Assembly (NCBI GenBank): GCA_965223265.1
Contig: OZ244999.1
Location: 6,176,001 to 6,240,000 of the forward strand
Source of the DNA: Planctomycetota bacterium
GTDB taxonomy: Bacteria; Planctomycetota; UBA8108; SXIK01
Direction: 5' to 3'
Length of the DNA stretch: 64,000 bases
A model generated the notes under the pieces. The model ran no database searches, was not told where the DNA came from, and saw only the letters and a list, made by a program, of their open reading frames with translations. The translations under genes and the position numbers were made by a program. The first letter of the stretch is position 1. Each line of letters opens with the position of its first letter. Below are positions 55,847 through 64,000 of this stretch, in pieces.

Positions 55847-57859
55847 TCAGTCCTCGTCCTTCTCGAGCTCGGACTTCGCCGCGTCGCAGATCTTCTGCTG
55901 CAAGTTCGACGGCACTTCTTCGTAATGTGACAGCTCGATGCCGTAGGAGCCTTGACCTCCCGTCAAGGACCCGAGCGTCGTTGCGTAGTCCGAGACTTCC
56001 GCCAATGGCACCTGCGCTTTCAATGTCTGAAAGCTACCGACCGCGTCCATGCCCACGACGCGTCCGCGGCGCCGATTGAGGTCTCCCTGAATGTCGCCCA
56101 TGTTCTCCACTGGAAAGGTCACCTCAAGGTCGACGATCGGCTCAAGGAGTACCGGCTTGGCGTTCTTAACGGCTAACTTAAACGCCTCACGTCCTGCCTT
56201 CTGAAACGCAATATCTTTGGAGTCGACGGGGTGCTCTTTGCCGTCGAAGACTTCGACGCGAATGTCGACTGCTGGATAGCCGGCGATGACGCCGCGCTCC
56301 ATCGTGGCACGAACGCCCTTCTCGACGGATTGCACGTAACTGGCACTGATCGCGCCGCCGAAGATCGAGTTTTTGAATTCCGTACCAGCACCGCGCTCCA
56401 GCGGCTCGATGCGCAGGTGCACTTCGGCGAATTCGCCAGCGCCGCCGCTCTGTTTCTTGTGACGGTAGCTGCTCTCTGCTTTGGAGCTGATCGTTTCCAG
56501 GTATGGGGTCTTCGGCTCCTTCGTCGACACCTCAACTCCATACCTCGATTTGAGTCGATCCCAGATGATCGAAAGATGAAGCTGGCTAACGCCCGACACA
56601 ACCATCTCGTTAGTGCGGGTATCGCGCACCGAAGAAATCATCGGATCCTCATCGACGACCTTCGTGATGCCTTCAGCAAACTTCTTCTCATCCGCCTTCG
56701 ACTTGGGTTCAACCGCGCGACTATACATCGGTGTTGGCAATTGCGGCGGCTTCACCACTAGCGGCTTGTCAGTCGTCAGCGTGTCAAAGGCTTGCAGCCC
56801 TTCGACTTTGACGAATGCGATGATGTCGCCCGCGACCGCTTCGTCGACAGCGGCTTGATCTTTCCCCTGTAGCCGCACGAACTTCCCCGCCTTATCGTTC
56901 TTGCCAGTGTGCGGATTGAGAAACGACCCATTCGCCGGTAGCGTCCCAGAAAAAATGCGTATGTAGCTCAACTTGCCCACGTACGGGTCGCTCGCGACAC
57001 GAAAGACGAACCCACAGAGAGGATCATCAGAGCCAGTAGCCACTGGCTTCACCGTTTCCGGGTCATCCGGCGAGCTGACTGTTCGGCTGAGAGGCGTCGA
57101 AGCCGGCGGCGCGAAGCTGACGATTCCCTCAAGGAGCTCCTGAACGCCAATATCCTTCTCACCCGCAGCGAAAAAAACGGGGAACACTGAACGCGTGGAG
57201 ACAGCCTCTACCATCTGCGCCTTCAGTTCTTCAGGCGAGATCTCCTCACCACCCAAGTAGCGCTCCATCAGTTCATCGTTCGATTCGATGACGCTCTCCA
57301 TCAGCTCCTCGCCACCCTCGGCGCCAAGCGTTGAAGTGACAGCGCTAAAACCAGGCCCGACCGCATCGGGAACATTCACGGGGTGTGCGGCGGAACTGAG
57401 CTGTTCTCGAATCTCTGCCACAATCTCGTCGCCCTTGGCGTGTTCCCGGTCACACCGGTTGATCACGAAAAAGCACGGTAGCTCCGCCTGCGCCGCAATC
57501 TCCCACACCTTTCGCGTGTTCGGGCGGACGCCATCGTTGGCATCGACACAGATGACCATGCACTCGGCGGCACTCGCGGCTGAGTAGGCGTGTCCGACGA
57601 AGTCGCGATAGCCCGGCGTATCGATAATGTTGACCGTGACACCGTCGTGCTCCAGGTAGGCGGTGGACAAGTCGATCGAATGCTGTCGTTCCTTTTCTTG
57701 CTCATCAAAGTCGCAAACCGTCGATCCATCCGCGATGCTGCCCTTGCGGGAGATCGCACCGGCCTTGAAAAGCAGACCCTCAATCAGGCTGGTCTTGCCA
57801 CATGTTCCGTGGCCACAGACAGCAATGTTTCGTGTGTTCTGCGGTGACCGTGATGCCAT
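55847..57859 (-). CDS. fusA: Elongation factor G paralog (EF-G2 type)
   Basis: RNIAVCGHGTCGKTSL, DTPGYRDF, HKKQSGGAGEF, HPVDS, LLEPI; divergent G1 motif. Confidence 0.9.
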   Translation of the reverse strand: MASRSPQNTRNIAVCGHGTCGKTSLIEGLLFKAGAISRKGSIADGSTVCDFDEQEKERQHSIDLSTAYLEHDGVTVNIIDTPGYRDFVGHAYSAASAAECMVICVDANDGVRPNTRKVWEIAAQAELPCFFVINRCDREHAKGDEIVAEIREQLSSAAHPVNVPDAVGPGFSAVTSTLGAEGGEELMESVIESNDELMERYLGGEEISPEELKAQMVEAVSTRSVFPVFFAAGEKDIGVQELLEGIVSFAPPASTPLSRTVSSPDDPETVKPVATGSDDPLCGFVFRVASDPYVGKLSYIRIFSGTLPANGSFLNPHTGKNDKAGKFVRLQGKDQAAVDEAVAGDIIAFVKVEGLQAFDTLTTDKPLVVKPPQLPTPMYSRAVEPKSKADEKKFAEGITKVVDEDPMISSVRDTRTNEMVVSGVSQLHLSIIWDRLKSRYGVEVSTKEPKTPYLETISSKAESSYRHKKQSGGAGEFAEVHLRIEPLERGAGTEFKNSIFGGAISASYVQSVEKGVRATMERGVIAGYPAVDIRVEVFDGKEHPVDSKDIAFQKAGREAFKLAVKNAKPVLLEPIVDLEVTFPVENMGDIQGDLNRRRGRVVGMDAVGSFQTLKAQVPLAEVSDYATTLGSLTGGQGSYGIELSHYEEVPSNLQQKICDAAKSELEKDED

Positions 57860-57890
57860 TCAGATTCCTCCGCAAGGTGACCACTATCAG

Positions 57891-57941
57891 AGCGGCGCTC
57901 GTAACGGCGAACTTCGCGGGCAGCGACGCTCGTAACGGCGA
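57891..57941. repeat. 20-bp direct repeat (1 mismatch), 31-bp period, upstream of the EF-G paralog
   Basis: AGCGGCGCTCGTAACGGCGA (57891-57910) and AGCGACGCTCGTAACGGCGA (57922-57941). Confidence 0.75.
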
Positions 57942-58381
57942 GTCGCAACAGCTTCGAACGAACACGTTCACCAGGCTGCGGCAAGCTCGCAGAGGGCCAC
58001 GAGAAATGTGCTTACGCAATTCCGCTCACAGAACCCCGGCGCCGGCAACCGTACGCCCCGGGCGTGCCACCTCGGGCCGAGACTGTCTCGCGACCGAATC
58101 CTGTGAGAAATCCGGGCTAAAATGTACAGAATGAGTTTTGCGCGAACAAGGAAAATGAGCCGCAGCGCCTCCGCGCCGATCCAGCCGTTGAAGAAAGGCT
58201 TTGGCGAGATCGACTGCGGCGAATGCAGGCCATCTCCCCGAACCCTGCCGTGGAGATGACGGCGGAGTTCGCCCCGGCCGGCGCGAAATGGTCCGAACTC
58301 GAGGTTCGGCGTGACGGGGCTCGGCGAGCTCTCGCCCAAATGACTCTTTCGGAGGCCGCTAGCCGAGCACAGGGCAGGATT

Positions 58382-59140
58382 CTAAATCCCATCCCCCAGT
58401 CGACTCGCAAGACGGTCATCGAGGTCCGATTCACGGCGAATCTTCGCTTGCGTCACCTCGACGGGATACTCGACGCGATGGAAGCGGAACTCGCCCGCCT
58501 TGAACCCCAAATAGCAGGCGCGCGCGTCCCCATCTCTCGGCTGTCCGACCGATCCGACGTTGATGATCCGTTTGCCTTCGCCAGGGAGGAACGGGCCGTC
58601 GAGATCCTTCTGGGGCTGGAAAGACGGCGTCTCGTCGAAGACCCCCGGCACGTGCGTGTGACCCACGAAGCAAATCGAGTTCACCAGCGCAAACAACTCG
58701 CCGAGCTTGCCCCCGCCCGGCCACTGCGCGTCCATCGGCAGGATGTACTCCGAAATCGGATCCCGTGGCGATCCGTGGACGAGCTGCCAGTCGTTCCACT
58801 CATGGCGCAGCGACAGCCCCTGGAGAAACTTCCAACGCTCGCGACTGCCGGGCCGCAGGAGACTAGGCTTCATCTGCTTTCTCGTCCACTCAATCGCGCT
58901 GCGAGCGACCGGATTGAACCCCCAGGCCTCCTTGGTCAACGCGTCGTCATGATTCCCCATGAGCACCGCCTCGCACCGCGCGCGCACGAGGTCAGTGCAG
59001 CCGACGGGGTCGGGCCCATAGCCGACAACATCGCCGAGGCAGAAGATAGTCTCGTAGCCGGTCTCATCGATGTGAGCTAAGACAGCTGTCAGGGCTTCAA
59101 GATTGCCGTGGATGTCGGAAATGAGCGCGACACTCTTCAT
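58382..59140 (-). CDS. Metallophosphoesterase family protein
   Basis: ISDIHGN, LGDVVGYG, GNHD, VHGSP, GHTH, NVGSVGQPRDGD. Confidence 0.93.
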   Translation of the reverse strand: MKSVALISDIHGNLEALTAVLAHIDETGYETIFCLGDVVGYGPDPVGCTDLVRARCEAVLMGNHDDALTKEAWGFNPVARSAIEWTRKQMKPSLLRPGSRERWKFLQGLSLRHEWNDWQLVHGSPRDPISEYILPMDAQWPGGGKLGELFALVNSICFVGHTHVPGVFDETPSFQPQKDLDGPFLPGEGKRIINVGSVGQPRDGDARACYLGFKAGEFRFHRVEYPVEVTQAKIRRESDLDDRLASRLGDGI

Positions 59141-59189
59141 CGCTGTGGTCGACCAAAATCACCGACGGACGGAGGGGAAGGTGGGAAGG

Positions 59190-59468
59190 TTAGGAAGACC
59201 ATGGAGACCGAGTCGGACTCTCAAGCTCGAGTTCCTCGCGGGTCGCGGCGGCCGCGATGTCTTGCAGGATGTCGTCGACAAGAGGGCGGCAAAGAGTGCA
59301 GCCTGCGCCCGCCAGAATAGCGTCAGCAATCTGCTGCGAATCCGTCAACCCGCTCTTCGCAGCGGCCTGCCGAATCTCTTCCGCGGTGCGGCCGTAGCAG
59401 TGGCAGACAACGGTTTCGTTCGCGCCTCCGGCAGCGGCGGTGGTCTCGTTGCGGCGTTCAGTCGTCAA
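59190..59468 (-). CDS. BFD-like [2Fe-2S]-binding protein
   Basis: VVCHCYG...AGAGCTLCRP. Confidence 0.8.
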   Translation of the reverse strand: MTTERRNETTAAAGGANETVVCHCYGRTAEEIRQAAAKSGLTDSQQIADAILAGAGCTLCRPLVDDILQDIAAAATREELELESPTRSPWSS

Positions 59469-59724
59469 ACTCGTCTCACGCCCTCGGCTGTGTCACGGAC
59501 AATCCGTGGACCCAAATCGGGAGGTTCTCGCGCGCCCCTCCAACTTCATCATACCCGGCGACATTCCAGACGACGGTAAAAGGCGGAGAGATTGTCCTAA
59601 AACGCAGTCACGAAAGCAACAACGACCTTCGAACCCACCATTCGTCGAGGTACGGCGGGTTGGCTTGGCCAACATTCTCGGCGCTTTGTCCCCGCGGCGC
59701 GGAAAAAAACTGGGGACTCTTCGC

Positions 59725-60216
59725 TCAGCGGCCGCCTTCTGCGCGGTCGGATGTGAACTGCAGCAAGGACATGTACTGGCGCTCTCGCGCGCGCATGAGC
59801 CGCCGCGTTGGCGTATCGACGTCGTCGTAGCCGACGATGTGCAGCGTACCGTGAATAGCGTAGAGAGCCGCCTCCTCGGCGACCGCCACCCCACGCCGCC
59901 GAGCCTCGCGCGCGGCAGTCTCGACAGAGACCACCACCTCGCCAACCGGTTCCTGGTGCAGCGCCAGCCGCGACGCGTCGGAAGTCTCCGAGACGGCCAG
60001 CGGGAAAGAGATCACATCCGTCGGCGTGTCGTCGTCGAAAAACTCGGCGTGCAACCGGCTGATCTCAGCGTCACCGACGAAGACAACGCTCAGCGTCCCG
60101 GCGACCTCGTGGTCTCGCAGTATCTTACTCAGGACGCGTCGCAGGGGCGGCCAAGGCGTTTTCACGCGACGCTCGCGGCGCGTCAGAAAGACTCGGGCTG
60201 CTGAGTTCGGTCGCAT
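59725..60216 (-). CDS. ybeY: rRNA maturation endoribonuclease YbeY
   Basis: PTDVISFP, GEVVVS, IHGTLHIVGYDD. Confidence 0.93.
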   Translation of the reverse strand: MRPNSAARVFLTRRERRVKTPWPPLRRVLSKILRDHEVAGTLSVVFVGDAEISRLHAEFFDDDTPTDVISFPLAVSETSDASRLALHQEPVGEVVVSVETAAREARRRGVAVAEEAALYAIHGTLHIVGYDDVDTPTRRLMRARERQYMSLLQFTSDRAEGGR

Positions 60217-60279
60217 ACTCGTTAGAAAAACAGTCCACCAAAGCGCGTCAAACGGCTCGCCTCGGGCGGCGTGCGAGCT

Positions 60280-61932
60280 TCAACGTACAGCGCCGACTTT
60301 GGTCGTCTTGCGCTCGGGGTCGCGAGCCGCCCCATTCGACTCCGCCGCTGGCGCCGAGCTTTTCTCAGCGGTATCCGACTGACCAGAGTCCCCAGAAGAA
60401 ACAGCCTTCGTTTCGACCGGACCGGGATACTTGATCCGCCCGTGGTACATCGTCGTCAAGGTGCGCACGAAGCTATCTTCAATCGCTCGCAGGTCACTGA
60501 GGGTCAAGTCGCTCTCGTCAAGCTGCCCGTCGAGAAGACGCTTGTGAATCTCCTCGTGCACCATGACGCGGAAACGGTAAGGATTCGGATGCGACTCGAC
60601 TTTGGCGCGCGCTTCGACCGAGTCGGCCAACATGAGCAGCGCCGCCTCGCGAAAACGCGGCTTGGGTCCAGGATAGCGGTACTCCACCTCCTCTGGGTCA
60701 TGCCCCTCGTTCGGATCATGGCTGTGACGCGCCTTGAAGTAGAAATACTCCACCACCGTCGTGCCGTGATGCATCGGGATCATGTCGATGATCTTCTGCG
60801 GCAGCTTCGCTTCTTTCGCGAACTGAATCCCTGTCTTGACGTGGGAAATGATGATCATCTTGGAGATAGAAGGCCGCAGGCGCTCATGAATGGACTTGTC
60901 CTCGCCCATGTTCTCGACGAAGTAATGCGGCTTTTCCATCTTGCCAATGTCGTGGTAGTACGCTCCGACGCGCGCCAGGAGAGGGTCGGCACCGATCGCA
61001 TCAGCCGCGCCGCTGGCAAGCAGCGAAACGCCAATAGAGTGCTGGTAGGTGCCGCTAGCGCGCTTCATGAGTGCTTGCAACACCTTGTTCGATGGGTCGG
61101 CAAGATCGAGCAACCGTCGCTCGGTGAGGATGCCTAACACCGATTCGATCCAAGGAAGCAGACTGGTGAGCAGGACGCCCGAAACGACACCACCTGCCAA
61201 GCCTGCGATCGGAGTGCTGAGTACGCGCGCGACTTGCTCGAGATTCTGGGTGCCGTCGAAACGGAGCTCCCCTCGCACGAGCGCAATGCAGACAAGTGCC
61301 AAGGCTTGGACCACACCCGCGATCAAACCAACGATCGCAGGACGTGACTGGCGTCGTACCCGTCGGATGCCGAGCACCGCAGTGACGGAGCCAAGGGCCA
61401 GAGTCAGGCTCAGCTTGGGGTCGACGATCATGACGTTCATGACTTCTGTACCCCGCGCCATCAAGCCGACATAGACCGAAAGGCCGACACTGATCAGCAG
61501 TGCCGCTCCTTGCGTGAACGTCATAGCGAAGATCATGGCGAAGAGCGGCAGCGGCAACAGGTATTCGTAATCATACTCCCACTCCGAAAACGCCAAGAAA
61601 ACCGAGGAGCAGGCGATGAAAATTAGAATCAGTAGGACGAATTGATTGAATGCTACGGGTCGTTTGAAGACACGTGGGTGAACGCGCTCCAAGCAAAGGC
61701 TAAAGAGTGTCGCGGAGACGAGCACGAACAGCGCCAGTCCCAGAGAACGCGCCGAAAAACCGTGTTGGTCACCAGCGACGGCGATCAAGATCAGAAGCGC
61801 AGTGAGAGACAGGCCGACGCCGAGGCGAAAGAGCCGATTCGAGACACGCGTGCCCTCCTCGAGGACGCGGTCCTCGCTGGCAGCTCGATCGGACAGGTAC
61901 TGATCCAGTTTGCGTCGTTTCTTTTTCGCCAT
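60280..61932 (-). CDS. 7TM-HD phosphohydrolase (PgpH-like, no large extracellular domain)
   Basis: Multiple TMs; GTYQHS, YYHDIGK, YFVEN, SHV, HHGT, YRYPGPKP, MLADSVEA. Confidence 0.92.
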   Translation of the reverse strand: MAKKKRRKLDQYLSDRAASEDRVLEEGTRVSNRLFRLGVGLSLTALLILIAVAGDQHGFSARSLGLALFVLVSATLFSLCLERVHPRVFKRPVAFNQFVLLILIFIACSSVFLAFSEWEYDYEYLLPLPLFAMIFAMTFTQGAALLISVGLSVYVGLMARGTEVMNVMIVDPKLSLTLALGSVTAVLGIRRVRRQSRPAIVGLIAGVVQALALVCIALVRGELRFDGTQNLEQVARVLSTPIAGLAGGVVSGVLLTSLLPWIESVLGILTERRLLDLADPSNKVLQALMKRASGTYQHSIGVSLLASGAADAIGADPLLARVGAYYHDIGKMEKPHYFVENMGEDKSIHERLRPSISKMIIISHVKTGIQFAKEAKLPQKIIDMIPMHHGTTVVEYFYFKARHSHDPNEGHDPEEVEYRYPGPKPRFREAALLMLADSVEARAKVESHPNPYRFRVMVHEEIHKRLLDGQLDESDLTLSDLRAIEDSFVRTLTTMYHGRIKYPGPVETKAVSSGDSGQSDTAEKSSAPAAESNGAARDPERKTTKVGAVR

Positions 61933-61956
61933 GAATCTGCGGCGAGAGTCGCCACG

Positions 61957-62940
61957 CTAACGCGTGGACTTCTTCTCGGCCTCCTCGTAGGCGTCGACGA
62001 TGCGACCAACCAATGGGTGACGGACAATGTCCACTTTCTCCATGTGCACCCACTCGATCCCTTTGATTCTGCGAACGACACGCTTCGCGTGAATGAGCCC
62101 AGAGCGCTGCTGGTCCGGCAGATCTACTTGTGTGATGTCCCCGTTGACAACGATCTTTGAATTCATCCCCATGCGCGTCAAAAACATCTTCATCTGAGAT
62201 ATCGTAGTGTTCTGCCCTTCATCGAGGATGATAAAGGCATTGTTGAGCGTCCGCCCGCGCATATACGCTAGCGGAATGATCTCGATAATCTCACGCTCCA
62301 TATAACGCCGCACTTGATCGTAGTCGAGGATGTCGTTGAGCGCGTCGTAAAGTGGACGCAGATAAGGGTTAATCTTCGCCTGAAAGTCTCCAGGGAGGAA
62401 CCCGAGCTTCTCACCCGCCTCCACCGCAGGCCGACAAAGAATCAATCGGCGAATTTCGCCTGCCCGCAGCAGGTGGACGGCCATCCGAACCGCCAAAAAC
62501 GTTTTCCCCGTACCAGCAGGGCCGATACAGAAGACAACGCCGTTGTCCAGAATCGCGTTCATGTACCGGGCCTGGCCAGCGGAACGCGCTGCGGCCTGGA
62601 TCAGACTGCGGGAGGCGCGATCCTGGTCGCCGCCGTTGCCGTTGCCGTCGTCTGTACCGTCGCCGGCAACCGCGTCCGGCTCCGCACCGTCGATTTCCTT
62701 CAAGCGACGCTCCAAGTAGCCCGGCTCAAGCTCACGACCGCTGCGATAAAGCTCCATCATGTCGTTGAGAACCGCCGCAGCGCTTTCAACGGGGGTCTGA
62801 TCGCCCGCGACCCGAAGAGTCTTGCCGCGGGCCGTTAACTCGACGTCGAGCCTGTCTCGCAGGAGCTTCAAGTTTTGGTCTCCGAGACCGAAAAGCACCA
62901 TGGCCTCGTCAGGCGACTGAACCTGAATCGTCACTTCCAT
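61957..62940 (-). CDS. phoH: PhoH-family ATPase
   Basis: GPAGTGKT, RPAVEAGEKLGFLPGD, PYLRPLYDAL, YMRGRTL, DEGQN, GDITQVDL. Confidence 0.95.
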   Translation of the reverse strand: MEVTIQVQSPDEAMVLFGLGDQNLKLLRDRLDVELTARGKTLRVAGDQTPVESAAAVLNDMMELYRSGRELEPGYLERRLKEIDGAEPDAVAGDGTDDGNGNGGDQDRASRSLIQAAARSAGQARYMNAILDNGVVFCIGPAGTGKTFLAVRMAVHLLRAGEIRRLILCRPAVEAGEKLGFLPGDFQAKINPYLRPLYDALNDILDYDQVRRYMEREIIEIIPLAYMRGRTLNNAFIILDEGQNTTISQMKMFLTRMGMNSKIVVNGDITQVDLPDQQRSGLIHAKRVVRRIKGIEWVHMEKVDIVRHPLVGRIVDAYEEAEKKSTR

Positions 62941-63229
62941 ACGGTCACATCCATACGTGGGCGTGTCGCTCCCAAAGCGCTGGCAGCTCCGCTGCCGGTG
63001 ATGTCTCTCCCGCGCTCCTTGGGGCCGGGGAGGCGTGTCCTGTCGGACTCATCGCCGCAAGTGCGTCGTCGTGCGTTCGAATCTCAGCGGTCGCCCCCGA
63101 AGTGCTCGTTGGAACAGGGTTGGCGACGACTTCTGTGGCATCGCTCAGGACAACGCTCCGTGAGGTCGGCTGGCGACAGGCGCGGCGAAAACAGCTGCCG
63201 CCTCTATCGCTCATGGCCGCGTCTGCAAT

Positions 63230-64000
63230 CTAAGTCGACAACTCGAGAAGGAACCAAAAGAAAATCCCACTAAAGACCGTGCTGTCGATCAAATCCAACA
63301 CGCCACCGAATTCGGGCAAGAGGACACTCGAGTCCTTGACGCCACACGAACGCTTCATCAGCGATTCGACGAGGTCCCCAAACTGAGTGACGACTGAAAA
63401 AATTATCCCCAACAGAATCGTTTGCGGCCAATCAAAAAAAATATCGGGCCATAGGCTACGGCCGAGCAAAAACCACAGCACGCTAAACAGAACCGCCGCG
63501 CTGCATCCTTCCAAAGTCTTCTTGGGACTGACCTTGAGAAAGGTGTGTCGTCCGAACGCGCGACCCGAAAAATACGCGACTATGTCATTTCCCTTGACAC
63601 CGAAAAGAAAAAAAACACTCAGCCACAATCCGTCGTTTCGGAAGTAGATGCGCAGAAGATAGGAGAAAAGAAAACCGTAGAGGAGGACTGCACACAAGCA
63701 GACGACGGCGAGACGGAAGCCCGCTTCATGGTCGGGGCGGAAAATCACCGCCGCAAACAGCACCAACAGCGTGGCGGCAATCCCAGCGGCAAGAAGCGCG
63801 GGATACATGACGCCGCGGCTGCTTTCGACCCACGCTTCCCCGAGAAAAAACGCCGCGGCGGCGCACGACGCGACCACGAGAAGCGGACCACCACCGGCGG
63901 CACGATCGTGAGCTCGACACATACGCGTCGCCTCGAAGACGCCAGCAACGCCCAAGACGCAAATCACCGCCGCCACGAAGACCCGGGTCTCGAGCGCCTG
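63230..64000 (-). CDS. cdsA: Phosphatidate cytidylyltransferase (5' end beyond window)
   Basis: DIVAYFSGRAFG, VSPKKTLEG, GDLVESLMKRSCGVKDS..LPEFGGVLDLIDS. Confidence 0.93.
   Translation of the reverse strand, partial: QALETRVFVAAVICVLGVAGVFEATRMCRAHDRAAGGGPLLVVASCAAAAFFLGEAWVESSRGVMYPALLAAGIAATLLVLFAAVIFRPDHEAGFRLAVVCLCAVLLYGFLFSYLLRIYFRNDGLWLSVFFLFGVKGNDIVAYFSGRAFGRHTFLKVSPKKTLEGCSAAVLFSVLWFLLGRSLWPDIFFDWPQTILLGIIFSVVTQFGDLVESLMKRSCGVKDSSVLLPEFGGVLDLIDSTVFSGIFFWFLLELST

Noticed and set aside
62945-63214. 89-aa ORF between cdsA and phoH
   Set aside because: Low-complexity, motif-free translation with no clear RBS; probably intergenic.
1-64000. tRNA/rRNA genes, including tRNA-Sec
   Set aside because: No cloverleaf or rRNA-like segment was recognised by eye; a tRNAscan/Infernal run is needed to exclude them.

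Overview
GC-rich bacterial window, most likely an uncultured Planctomycetota (inferred from H-X9-DG prepilin-type proteins, tandem groEL, dockerin-like secreted proteins and a dcw cluster without ftsA/ftsZ). It contains: two prepilin-type paralogs; a chaperone cluster (groEL-groEL-dnaJ-grpE-fmdB-like-yacG, no groES) behind a sigma54-type promoter; a dcw cluster (mraZ, rsmH, ftsL-like, ftsI, murE, murF, mraY, ftsW, murG, LysM, murC, murB, ftsQ-like; no murD/ddl/ftsA/ftsZ); four secreted proteins sharing a C-terminal dockerin-like domain, two also with cohesin-like domains; an intact IS4-family element; and four copies of a ~160 bp MITE, each abutting a stop codon. Further right, an ECF sigma and an anti-sigma carrying a dockerin-like domain precede a tandem pair of UshA-fold/tetraheme cytochrome c proteins. 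The first of the pair is a probable selenoprotein split by the ORF caller (in-frame TGA in a C-G-U motif plus a SECIS-like hairpin; the paralog has C-G-C). The rest is a Ser/Thr kinase-AAA-TPR plus GAF-sigma54 activator module and housekeeping genes (thiO, apgM, EF-G paralog, ybeY, HD hydrolase, phoH, cdsA). All calls come from reading the sequence; no database searches were run.
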